Under the pieces are notes generated by a model. The model worked only from the letters and a program-made list of their open reading frames with translations. It made no database searches and was not told the origin of the DNA. The position numbers were made by a program, and so were the translations under genes. DNA of 63,963 nt, filler included, from Vicugna vicugna (Eukaryota), in assembly GCA_013265495.1 (NCBI GenBank). It is 80 parts of 79 records of this genome, joined end to end, with 100 filler letters (N's around TTAATTAATTAA, not from the genome) between each part and the next. Parts side by side here need not be neighbours in the genome. Positions count along the whole stretch, not along the records: positions 12,819 to 13,816 come from MU062372.1; positions 13,917 to 14,647 come from PNXW01023965.1; positions 14,748 to 15,711 come from MU062374.1; positions 15,812 to 16,828 come from MU062375.1; positions 16,929 to 17,767 come from PNXW01023970.1; positions 17,868 to 18,424 come from PNXW01023971.1; positions 18,525 to 18,726 come from MU062376.1; positions 18,827 to 19,911 come from MU062377.1; 72 more parts are not named here. The stretch is one strand, 5' to 3'. Below are positions 12,819 through 23,976 of this stretch, piece after piece. Each line of letters begins with the position of its first letter. Position 1 is the stretch's first letter.

Positions 12819-13816
12819 AGAATGTAGAACACAGAATTCTGGATATTGAATACATAATACTGATTATAGAATTTAGAATATAGAATGTAAAACCCAGAAT
12901 ATAGAATATAGAATACGGAATGCAGAATATAGAAAACAGAATATAGAATGTAGAATATGGAATACGGAATACAGAACCCAGAATTTATAACATGGAATGC
13001 AGAACACAAAATTTAGTATATAGAATACAGAATAATGAATATAGAATTCAGAACATAGAATGCAGAACACAGAATTTAGAATATAGAATACGGAATGCAA
13101 AATACAGTATGTGGAGCATAGAATGAAGAACAAACAATATAGAATAAAGAATAGAGAATATAGAACCCAGAAATTAGAACATGGAATGCACAACACACAA
13201 TTTAGAATATAGAAAACAGAATACTGAATATAGAATTTAGAATATAGCATTTAGAACACAGGATATAAATATAGAATATAGAATATAGAATCAAGAATTT
13301 AGAACACGGAATGCAGAACACAGAATTTAGAATNNNNNNNNNNNNNNNNNNNNNNNNNNNNNNNNNNNNNNNNNNNNNNNNNNNNNNNNNNNNNNNNNNN
13401 NNNNNNNNNNNNNNNNNNNNNNNNNNNNNNNNNNNNNNNNNNNNNNNNNNNNNNNNNNNNNNNNNNNNNNNNNNNNNNNNNNNNNNNNNNNNNNNNNNNN
13501 NNNNNNNNNNNNNNNNNNNNNNNNNNNNNNNNNNNNNNNNNNNNNNNNNNNNNNNNNNNNNNNNNNNNNNNNNNNNNNNNNNNNNNNNNNNNNNNNNNNN
13601 NNNNNNNNNNNNNNNNNNNNNNNNNNNNNNNNNNNNNNNNNNNNNNNNNNNNNNNNNNNNNNNNNNNNNNNNNNNNNNNNNNNNNNNNNNNNNNNNNNNN
13701 NNNNNNNNNNNNNNNNNNNNNNNNNNNNNNNNNNNNNNNNNNNNNNNNNGGAACACACAATATAAAATATTGAATATAGAATATAGAACCCAAAATTTAG
13801 AACATGGAATGCAGAA
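12819..13816 (+). repeat. Satellite S1 (7-bp unit), gapped
   Basis: Same 7-mer array. Confidence 0.97.
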
Positions 13817-14166
13817 NNNNNNNNNNNNNNNNNNNNNNNNNNNNNNNNNNNNNNNNNNNNTTAATTAATTAANNNNNNNNNNNNNNNNNNNNNNNNNNNN
13901 NNNNNNNNNNNNNNNNCTTTAAAGAATTGCAGGGTTGGAATTTGGTCCATTCTTCTCTAGGCAATCTATTGTTCCTTCAAAGAACAAGGGGGGAATCACA
14001 CAGAAAAGCATTTGAGCATCAGGCTGCTTACATTTCCTCCAGAAGTCTTGGAAAATAACGTGGAAATGAACAGCAGGACAGAATCCTGGCGGGAGGGTCA
14101 CTGGCTAGAAGGTGAGAACAAATGTGTTCTCCAACATGCTCTGGTAGCCACTAGTTTAAATGAACC

Positions 14167-14217
14167 GAGCATACACGCACCTCTACGTGAATGAGCATAC
14201 ACGCACCTCTACGTGAA
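14167..14217 (+). repeat. 26-bp tandem duplication
   Basis: GAGCATACACGCACCTCTACGTGAA at 14167 and 14193. Confidence 0.9.
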
Positions 14218-14479
14218 AATCTCAACCATTACCAACCGCTCAGTGCAGCCCGAAGCAATGGACGGACTGCAGAGGTCCCCGGCGGCTCATCGTGGTGTCT
14301 TACACCACGTGCAGGATGATCAGTTCCTCCACGCCCACTCCCTCCCCTCCCCTCGAGGAAGATGGCTGGTCCACAGCTGAGCTTACCTCATAGCAAGCTG
14401 TCTCTCAGCCCTCTGTCTAAAGCAAGATAAAAGCAGGAAAGCTACCTGGGACTATACAGAACCATCCCAAAAAGGAACT

Positions 14480-14647
14480 GAAGCACCTTTCTTCCCTCCT
14501 CTCTGCTGCCTGGAATGTGGACCTGATGGTTGACCCTCAGGCAGTCACTTTGGGCCATCAGGTTGATGGGCTGAAAATAACAGGCATCTTGTTCTCTGAC
14601 CTAGGGGTCATCATGCAAACCAGCCCTGGGCTACCGATTGCTTGACT
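14480..14647 (+). mobile_element. Old MaLR (MLT1J/K-like) LTR fragment
   Basis: CTGCTGCCTGGAATGTGGACCTGATGG..CCAGCCCTGGGCTACC. Confidence 0.5.
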
Positions 14648-14747
14648 NNNNNNNNNNNNNNNNNNNNNNNNNNNNNNNNNNNNNNNNNNNNTTAATTAAT
14701 TAANNNNNNNNNNNNNNNNNNNNNNNNNNNNNNNNNNNNNNNNNNNN

Positions 14748-15711
14748 TGGAATAATTTCAGTGCGTGGGGGACCTCGATAGACAACTAAACGAAGGTCTC
14801 TTTTGTCACAGGTGTTCCCTGTTCGGGGAAGTCCGAGAAATACCTTCCCTGACTTTGGGGAGGCAGCCTCTGTCACTGGGATATCCTTCAAACCCCCCTA
14901 GCATTCCCTGGCACAGAGACAATAGGAAATCTCTCAGGGTAGACGAGCTTAGGCATTCCGTTAGAACACACACGCTGCCGACCATTGGTGGTACCTCCCC
15001 AAGCTCAGGATTCCGGAACAATTGTCAGTGCGTGGGGGAGCTCGAGAGACAACTCCACGCAGCTCTCTTCAGTCACAGGTGTTCCCTGTTCGGGGAAGTC
15101 CTTGAAATACCTTCCCTGTACTTGGGGAGGCATCCTCTGACACTGGGATATCCTACAAACCCCCCCAGCATTCCCTGGCTCAGAGACATTAGGAAAAACC
15201 TCAGGGGAGACGAGCTTAGGCTTTCCGTTAGAACCCACGCGCTGCCGACCGTTGGTGGAACCTCCCCACGCTCAGGATTCCGGAACCATTGTCNNNNNNN
15301 NNNNNNNNNNNNNNNNNNNNNNNNNNNNNNNNNNNNNNNNNNNNNNNNNNNNNNNNNNNNNNNNNNNNNNNNNNNNNNNNNNNNNNNNNNNNNNNNNNNN
15401 NNNNNNNNNNNNNNNNNNNNNNNNNNNNNNNNNNNNNNNNNNNNNNNNNNNNNNNNNNNNNNNNNNNNNNNNNNNNNNNNNNNNNNNNNNNNNNNNNNNN
15501 NNNNNNNNNNNNNNNNNNNNNNNNNNNNNNNNNNNNNNNNNNNNNNNNNNNNNNNNNNNNNNNNNNNNNNNNNNNNNNNNNNNNNNNNNNNNNNNNNNNN
15601 NNNNNNNNNNNNNNNNNNNNNNNNNNNNNNNNNNNNNNNNNNNNNNNNCCTCTGTCACTGGGAAATCCTGCAAACCCCCGTAGCATTCCTTGGCACAGAG
15701 ACATTAGGAAA
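14748..15711 (+). repeat. Satellite S2a, 267-bp GC/CpG-rich monomer
   Basis: AGACGAGCTTAGG at 14941 and 15208 (period 267). Confidence 0.97.
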
Positions 15712-15811
15712 NNNNNNNNNNNNNNNNNNNNNNNNNNNNNNNNNNNNNNNNNNNNTTAATTAATTAANNNNNNNNNNNNNNNNNNNNNNNNNNNNNNNNN
15801 NNNNNNNNNNN

Positions 15812-16828
15812 CTTTAACATGTATCCACTGAGCGTGTCCCTAGGCCGGGATGCGAAAGAAGCAGGGGGTTTCTCTTGGAGTTAAATTAGCAGCGAGTGCT
15901 CACAAATGGACTGAGGAAGAGCTTAAATGGCTTCTCCCTAACGGGGAAGAGCTGTACCCCCATTCATCTGAGTGGGGGTGGGGATCCACACCTCCCACAC
16001 ACAAAGTTGGGTTCTGGAATCCTGAGTGGGGGAAGTTCCTCCAACTGAGAGCATTCCGTGAGTTCTAAGAGAATCCCATAGGTTGACTTCACTGATGGTT
16101 TGCCTAGGCCTGAGGGCGGGTGAAAGTGAGGTTTGGGGTCTTAAACCAAGTATTAGCCAGATCCTCTACATGTGCGATGCAGTTGTTTTACCTACAACCC
16201 CCAATCTGTGAATACCTGTGCCCAATGAAATATGCGTGGACTCTGTTTTCCCACCTCCAGCACACTGACGATGAAGTGTTCTCGTGTCTTGAGTGTGGGG
16301 AGGATCCCCCAACTTACAGCAGCTCCTGGGATATTAAAGTATCCCTCAGCTTGACTTCCCTGNNNNNNNNNNNNNNNNNNNNNNNNNNNNNNNNNNNNNN
16401 NNNNNNNNNNNNNNNNNNNNNNNNNNNNNNNNNNNNNNNNNNNNNNNNNNNNNNNNNNNNNNNNNNNNNNNNNNNNNNNNNNNNNNNNNNNNNNNNNNNN
16501 NNNNNNNNNNNNNNNNNNNNNNNNNNNNNNNNNNNNNNNNNNNNNNNNNNNNNNNNNNNNNNNNNNNNNNNNNNNNNNNGGTTCTAATAGTATCCCTTAC
16601 CTTGTCTTCCCTGATGGCATGCCTAGGCAGTAGTGCGGGAGAAAGTGGGGTTTGGGCTCTAAATCCAAGTATTATGGAGTGCTTCTCTATGAGATGTGGA
16701 GTCGTTTACCTAAAACCCCCAACGTGGGAATACCTAAGACCCCTGAAATATGCGTGGACACTGCTACCCCACCTCCAGCACAAACATGAAGCAGAGTTCT
16801 GATATTCTCAGTGTTGGGTGGCTCCTCC
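15812..16828 (+). repeat. Satellite S2b, diverged ~267-bp monomer
   Basis: C[C/T]TGAGTG[G/T]GGG at 16021 and 16288 (period 267). Confidence 0.92.
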
Positions 16829-16928
16829 NNNNNNNNNNNNNNNNNNNNNNNNNNNNNNNNNNNNNNNNNNNNTTAATTAATTAANNNNNNNNNNNNNNNN
16901 NNNNNNNNNNNNNNNNNNNNNNNNNNNN

Positions 16929-17498
16929 AAATAGGTTGTTAAAAACTTATAGCATAAAGATTAAGAGAAAAAACATTATAAATAGCTGTAGCTACTTCAA
17001 CTTGGCAACAAACTCAACATAAAAAGGGAAAATTTGAGACAATAAAAGTATAAAAGAGGAAGAAGAAAAGTGATGGAACCCATATAAGCAGATGAAGGTA
17101 AGATGTTATCAATAACACAAAGACAATTTTTCTATGAGATATTATATACAAATCTCATGGTAAACACAACACATAAATCTAGAGCAGAGACACAAAACAT
17201 AAAAAAAGAGGAAACTGAAAAAAATCATTATAGAAAACTACCAAACCAGAACAGAAGACAGAAACACAAGAAAAAAGAAACAATGGCGATATAAGGCAAT
17301 CAGAAACAAAAGATTAAAAAGGCATTACTAAGTCTTCATTTATTGACAGTCCCAAATTAAAATGGATTGATTTCACCAGTCAAAAGATAGAGTGACTTGG
17401 TGGATTGAAAAACCAGACCCAACTACTTGCTGCCTCCAGGAGACTCACTTCAGCTCTAAAGACAAACATAGGCTCAAAGTGAAGGAATGGAAGATGAT
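16929..17498 (+). mobile_element. LINE-1 inter-ORF region and start of ORF2 endonuclease
   Basis: Translates WIEKPDPTTCCLQETHFSSKDKHRLKVKEWK (L1 endonuclease CCLQETH motif). Confidence 0.93.
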
Positions 17499-17767
17499 GC
17501 GCCACTTGCCATAGAAGGCACTTCCCAAGCAGGCATCTCGTGCAGAGGAGTGCTCGGAGAATCGTCTCCCAGTGGAAGCACTCCAGGCGTGCCTAGCACA
17601 CATGGCAGCTCAGAAACGGATCTTTGGCCTTCTACTCCAACAACTGGGAAGCAGACTCAGCTCCCTGACAGGGCTGTGACAACCACAGAGCAAAGAGGAG
17701 ACCCTGCTCAGCATCCAGTGTAGGTCACTAAAACACCAATCACACCTCCTAGCAAGCAGACAGCTGC
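17499..17767 (+). mobile_element. Probable LINE-1 5'UTR fragment (cetartiodactyl type)
   Basis: CCCTGACAGGGCTGTGACAACCACAGAGCAAAGAGGA resembles recalled L1 5'UTR; abrupt switch to GC-richer sequence. Confidence 0.55.
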
Positions 17768-18826
17768 NNNNNNNNNNNNNNNNNNNNNNNNNNNNNNNNN
17801 NNNNNNNNNNNTTAATTAATTAANNNNNNNNNNNNNNNNNNNNNNNNNNNNNNNNNNNNNNNNNNNNGATAGTTTATATGACCAGATTCTTCCAGTCCTA
17901 TAAATGGGTTCCATGGCCCCAGCCCCTGGAGAACTGGTCATAAGGGCCATATCGTGAAGGGTGGGATGGGAAGGCAAGGTGTAAGAGCTGGAATCACTGA
18001 GCTTCCACACTCACTAAACACAGACTCCAGAGCCTAATTGTTGTCAGATTCTGTTCTGGATTTGAGAGTGTGTTCATACATGATTCTTGCCCTTCTGGAG
18101 TCACTGCCTGGGTGGAAGTAACCTTTACATAGATCTGTGGAGGATGACAATTAAGTAGATGGGCTTTTATGGTTCTCAGAGTGCCCAGGCTTGCTCTTCC
18201 AGGAGGCTTGCTCTGCACTCGTGGGACTAACGAGAGTCATGTTATTCACTCATTCACCGATTTATTACCCTTGAATTGATCACTCGTCCCACAGTAAGTG
18301 AAACAAGGGATCAGGAAGCTGAGTTGAGTCCCCTCTCTTATCACTGATTGTATCTGTCAGTCGGGCGCCCTGCGTATGTATTGTGAAATGGTGGTATTTC
18401 GTGCCCAATGGGGCAGCCCTGTCANNNNNNNNNNNNNNNNNNNNNNNNNNNNNNNNNNNNNNNNNNNNTTAATTAATTAANNNNNNNNNNNNNNNNNNNN
18501 NNNNNNNNNNNNNNNNNNNNNNNNGGCCATGGGACATATCGATATTCTCAACCGCGCGCGCCAGTGTGGTTGCTTTCTCATTGTGGTCACAGTTCGGTTT
18601 GCTCTCTTGATAGGACCCACCACATCCCACAACGCACTCCAGATGCCTGAGAATCAGCGTGTGCCAGCAGAAGTAGCCCTATCCCTCATTGACCGCTGCC
18701 TCTGCTACCTCAAATTTGGCAGCTCGNNNNNNNNNNNNNNNNNNNNNNNNNNNNNNNNNNNNNNNNNNNNTTAATTAATTAANNNNNNNNNNNNNNNNNN
18801 NNNNNNNNNNNNNNNNNNNNNNNNNN

Positions 18827-19911
18827 CGGACTCGACAAACATGCATTCCTGAGTTGAGAGCGTGTGGATTAATGATTTTTCATCCTGTATAAAAGGAATA
18901 ATTTCATATAGACTCATGTACACATTTTCATAAGCTTTCCCTAACACAAGTTTCGAATTCGTGCTTTTTTCACAGAAGAATACTTCTGGAGTTTATACAA
19001 CCAAATAGATATATAATTTACATGAATTCCATCAACATGGCATTCTGGGTTCCGTACATGTTACATGCATGACGGATTCGAGAAACATGAGTTTCTGAGT
19101 TGTGAGCATGTGGATTAGTGAACTTTCATTCACCAAACAAGGCATATATACAATTTGAATTATTAACTCTGACTTCATAGTTTTTTTGTATCACTAGGTA
19201 ATAAAATCGGATATTTGGCACTAGAAAACACTCTTTGATCGAATTCTCACCAATACACATGTAATTTATATTGTTTACATAACCATGGCATTCCGTATTC
19301 CATATATGTTTGATGCATCACGGATTCCTGAAACATGCATTTCTGAGCTGTGGACATGCACATGACAGATTTTTCAACCACCAAAAAAGTTACCAATTCA
19401 CTTTGAAATATTTACTTAGACTTCGTTGCTTCTTCCTTTCACCAGTTTCAAGAATTACACTTTGATCCCAGAAAAACCCTCTTGGAGCGAATTCTACCCT
19501 AGAGATATGTAATTTGAATAGATTCCACCTAAATGATATTCAGTGTTCCGTACATACTACATGCATGACGGACTCGACAAACATGCATTCCTGAGTTGAG
19601 AGCATGTGGATTACTGATCTTTCATCCTCTATAAAAACAATATTTTCATCTAGACACGTGTACCCATTTTCACAAGCTTTCCCTAACACCAGTTTCGAAC
19701 TCNNNNNNNNNNNNNNNNNNNNNNNNNNNNNNNNNNNNNNNNNNNNNNNNNNNNNNNNNNNNNNNNNNNNNNNNNNNNNNNNNNNNNNNNNNNNNNNNNN
19801 NNNTCCGTACATGTGCATGATGGATTCGGCAAACATGTGTTTCCGAGATCTCAGCATGTGTATTACTGAACTTTCATCCACCAAACAGGGCATATATACA
19901 CTTTGAAATAT
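18827..19911 (-). repeat. Satellite S3a
   Basis: CGGACTCGACAAACATGCATTCCTGAG at 18827 and 19569 (period 742, no gap between). Confidence 0.96.
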
Positions 19912-20074
19912 NNNNNNNNNNNNNNNNNNNNNNNNNNNNNNNNNNNNNNNNNNNNTTAATTAATTAANNNNNNNNNNNNNNNNNNNNNNNNNNNNNNNNN
20001 NNNNNNNNNNNGACACACTTAAATATGAAATCAGCGGTCATTGCTGAATGTAGGTACCAGTAGCAGACATCAGT

Positions 20075-20207
20075 GAGAAGAATGGACTTGAGTGTCAGAC
20101 CGGCTGCAGTCTTACCCAGCTCCACCATTTACCAAGTTACCCAAATTATTTTCTGCCTCAAGCTCTTTATCTGTTATATGGGGGTAATAATAGCAGCTTA
20201 CAGAGTT
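20075..20207 (+). mobile_element. MIR fragment
   Basis: CCCAGCTCCACCATTTACC..TCTGCCTCA..ATCTGTTATATGGGGGTAATAATAG. Confidence 0.7.
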
Positions 20208-21039
20208 NNNNNNNNNNNNNNNNNNNNNNNNNNNNNNNNNNNNNNNNNNNNNNNNNNNNNNNNNNNNNNNNNNNNNNNNNNNNNNNNNNNNNTAGAGAGC
20301 AAAAATCAGTTTCTAAAGTATGTGTAAAATATGATCCTGTTTCTGCCTGGTTTGTAAACACGAATGCCTACTGCAGAATGTAAAAGCAGGCTAATTTCCA
20401 ACAGAAAAGATCATTTCTCAGCATTTCTTTCAAAGATAGTTGCAAAATCATTTTTACTAAATTTTCTGTGTCCATCTCTGAAAGATCTTTGACACCAGGG
20501 ANNNNNNNNNNNNNNNNNNNNNNNNNNNNNNNNNNNNNNNNNNNNTTAATTAATTAANNNNNNNNNNNNNNNNNNNNNNNNNNNNNNNNNNNNNNNNNNN
20601 NTTCTAGGGTAATTCAACTTCTGACAATGTAAGCTCACAAGAACCAAATACATTTTGCTTAATAATGTGGCTGAAACTTTTCTCCCCTTGACACTCAGAA
20701 GTGCGCGTGTTATGAATAAATGAATGATGGGATGGGTCTCAAAGGGACAGACATACCTGCTCTCTCTCGTCCCGACCCTTCTGTCTGTACAATATCAGAA
20801 GCAAAACCAGAAGTACCTTTCCTGGCGGTCACTTACTGATGACGCTCTTCACTGCCTACTGTGTCAGTTCTAGTAAAACCCAACCTCTTCCAAAGCCCTC
20901 CACTCCATACACTCTCCAGTGTCCTCCCCAGCAGGGGCACCCTCCACCCTGGATCACACAGGGCACTCTCCACGGGTCCCCACACAAAAAGCCTCCAGGC
21001 CTCTGCCCGGGCTGCACCTGCCACCTGAGCCACAAAGTC

Positions 21040-21220
21040 TTGACTCTTTCTCCTGGCTGACACTTACTCTGTCCTCACAACTGAATGTAGGGCCCATTTC
21101 TTCAAGGAAGTCCTCTCAGATAATGTCCTTTAGGTCTTCGCTGGGCTCCATCTATAGCAGCAGTACATGGTGACCAACTGGTTGTTTGCCCACTCCTTTG
21201 AGACCACGAAATCTTGGGGG
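21040..21220 (+). mobile_element. L2 fragment (old)
   Basis: TTCTTCAAGGAAGTCCTCTCAGA..TGGTTGTTTGCCCACT. Confidence 0.4.
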
Positions 21221-21479
21221 CCACGTGGGAAAGAGTGAGAGATTAAAAGAGGGGTGGGGGAAGCATAAAGCAAAAATCACAATCCAAGTCCCAAATTCAA
21301 GGATACTTTCTCAGAAAAAAGTATAAATCATTTAACACGTGTGCAATTTGGCTACTATTTTTGTGGCTTGTGGACAGCANNNNNNNNNNNNNNNNNNNNN
21401 NNNNNNNNNNNNNNNNNNNNNNNTTAATTAATTAANNNNNNNNNNNNNNNNNNNNNNNNNNNNNNNNNNNNNNNNNNNN

Positions 21480-22346
21480 CTCAGGGGAGACGAGCTTATG
21501 CTTTCCGTTAGAACCCATGCGCTTTCGACCGTTGGTGAATCCTCCCCACGCTCAGGATTCCGGCACCATTGTCCGTGCGTGGGGGATCTCGAGAGACAAC
21601 TCCACGCAGCTCTCTTCAGTCACAGGTGTTCCCTGTTCGGAAAAGTCCGAGAAATATCTTCCCTGACTTTGGGGAGGCAGCCTCTGTCACTGGGATATCC
21701 TGCAAACCCCCCTAGAATTCCCTGGCACAGAGACATGAGGAAANNNNNNNNNNNNNNNNNNNNNNNNNNNNNNNNNNNNNNNNNNNNNNNNNNNNNNNNN
21801 NNNNNNNNNNNNNNNNNNNNNNNNNNNNNNNNNNNNNNCTCAAGAGACAACTCCACGCAGCTCTCTTCAGTCACAGGTGTTCCCTGTTCGGGGAAGTCCG
21901 AGAAATAAATTCCCTGACCTTGGGGAGGCAGCCTCTGTCTCTGGGATATCCTGCAAACCCCCCTAGCATTCACTGGCACAGAGACATTAGGAAAACCCTC
22001 AGGGGAGACGAGCTTAGGCTTTCCATTAAAACCCACGCGCTGCCGATGTTTGGAGGAACCTCCCCACGCTCAGGATTCCGGAACAATTGTCAGTGCGTGG
22101 GGGAGCTCGAGAGACAACTCCACGCAGCTCTCTTCAGTCACAGGTTTTCTCTGTTCGTGGAAGTCCGGGAAATAGCTTCCCTGACCTTGGGGATGCAGCT
22201 TGTGTCCCTGGGATATCCTGCAAACACCCCTAGCATTCCCTGGCACAGAGACATTAGGAAAACCCTCAGGGGAGACGAGATAAGGCTTTCCGTTAAAACC
22301 CATGTGCTGCCGACCGTTGGTGAAACCTCCCCACGCTCAGGATTCC
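21480..22346 (+). repeat. Satellite S2a (267 bp)
   Basis: Tandem copies of the same monomer. Confidence 0.97.
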
Positions 22347-22446
22347 NNNNNNNNNNNNNNNNNNNNNNNNNNNNNNNNNNNNNNNNNNNNTTAATTAATT
22401 AANNNNNNNNNNNNNNNNNNNNNNNNNNNNNNNNNNNNNNNNNNNN

Positions 22447-23164
22447 TGGGGAGGCAGCCTCGATCCCTGGGATATCCTGCAATCACCCCTGGCATTCCCT
22501 GGCACAAAGAACGTAGGAAAACCCTCAGGGGAGACGAGCTTAGGCATTCCGTTAGAACCCACGCGCTACCGACCGTTGGTGGAACCTCCCCACGCTCAGG
22601 ATTCCGGAACCATTGTCAGTGCGTTGGGGAGCTCGANNNNNNNNNNNNNNNNNNNNNNNNNNNNNNNNNNNNNNNNNNNNNNNNNNNNNNNNNNNNNNNN
22701 NNNNNNNNNNNNNNNNNNNNNNNNNNNNNNNNNNNNNNNNNNNNNNNNNNNNNNNNNNNNNNNAGAGACATTAGGAAAATCCACAGGGGAGATGAGCATA
22801 GGCATTCCGTTAGAACCCACACGCTGTCGTCGGTTTGAGGAACATCCCTACGCTCAGGATTCCCTAAAAATTGTCAGTGCGTGGGGGAGCTCGAGAGACA
22901 ACTCCACGCAGATCTCTTCAGTTACAAGTGTTCCCTGTTTGGGTATGTCTGAGAAATACCTTCCCTGACCTTGGGGAGGCAGCCTCTGACCCTGGGAAAA
23001 CTAGCAATCACCCCTAGCATTCCCTGGCACAGAGATATTAAAAAAAAAACTCAGGGGAGACGAGCTTAGGCATTCCGTTAGAACCCATGCGCGGCCGACC
23101 ATTGGTGGAATCTACCCAAGCCCATGATTCGGGAACCATTGTCAGTGCGTGGGGGAGCTCGAGA
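22447..23164 (+). repeat. Satellite S2a (267 bp)
   Basis: Tandem copies of the same monomer. Confidence 0.97.
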
Positions 23165-23264
23165 NNNNNNNNNNNNNNNNNNNNNNNNNNNNNNNNNNNN
23201 NNNNNNNNTTAATTAATTAANNNNNNNNNNNNNNNNNNNNNNNNNNNNNNNNNNNNNNNNNNNN

Positions 23265-23876
23265 TGGCACAGAGACATTAGGAAAACCCTCAGGGGAGAC
23301 GAGCTATGGAATTCTGTTAGAAACAACGCGCTGCCGACCTTTGGTGGAACCTCCCCACGCTCAGGATTCCGGAACCATTGTCAGTGCGTTGGGGAGCTCG
23401 AGAGACAAATCCACGCAGCTCTCTTCAGTCACAGGTGTTCCCTGTTCTGGGAAGCCCGAGACATACCTTCCCTGAACTTGGGGACCCCGCCTCTGACACT
23501 GGGACTAGCATTCCCTGGCACAGAGACATTAGGAAAACCCTCAGGGGAGACGAGCTTAGGGTTTCCGTTAGAACCCATGCGCTGCCGACCGTTGGTGGAA
23601 CCTCCCCACGCTCAGGATTCCGGAAATATTCTCAGTGCATGGGGGAGCTCGAGAGACAACTCCACGCAGCTCTCTTCAGTCACAGGTGTTCCCTGTTCGG
23701 GGAAGCCCCAGATATACCTTCCCTGAATTTGGGAAGCAGCCTCTGACACTGGGATATCCTGCAATCAGCCCTAGCATTAACTGGCACAGAGACATTAGGC
23801 AATACCTCAGGGGTGTCGAGCTAAGGCATTACGTTAGAACCCAAGCGCTGCCGACTGTTGGTGGTACCTCCCCACG
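23265..23876 (+). repeat. Satellite S2a (267 bp; one 251-bp deleted monomer)
   Basis: TGGCACAGAGACATTAGG at 23265, 23516 and 23782. Confidence 0.97.
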
Positions 23877-23976
23877 NNNNNNNNNNNNNNNNNNNNNNNN
23901 NNNNNNNNNNNNNNNNNNNNTTAATTAATTAANNNNNNNNNNNNNNNNNNNNNNNNNNNNNNNNNNNNNNNNNNNN

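Noticed and set aside
21480..23876. Apparent 2.4-kb continuous S2a array
   Set aside because: Three separate scaffolds split by spacers; their adjacency is arbitrary
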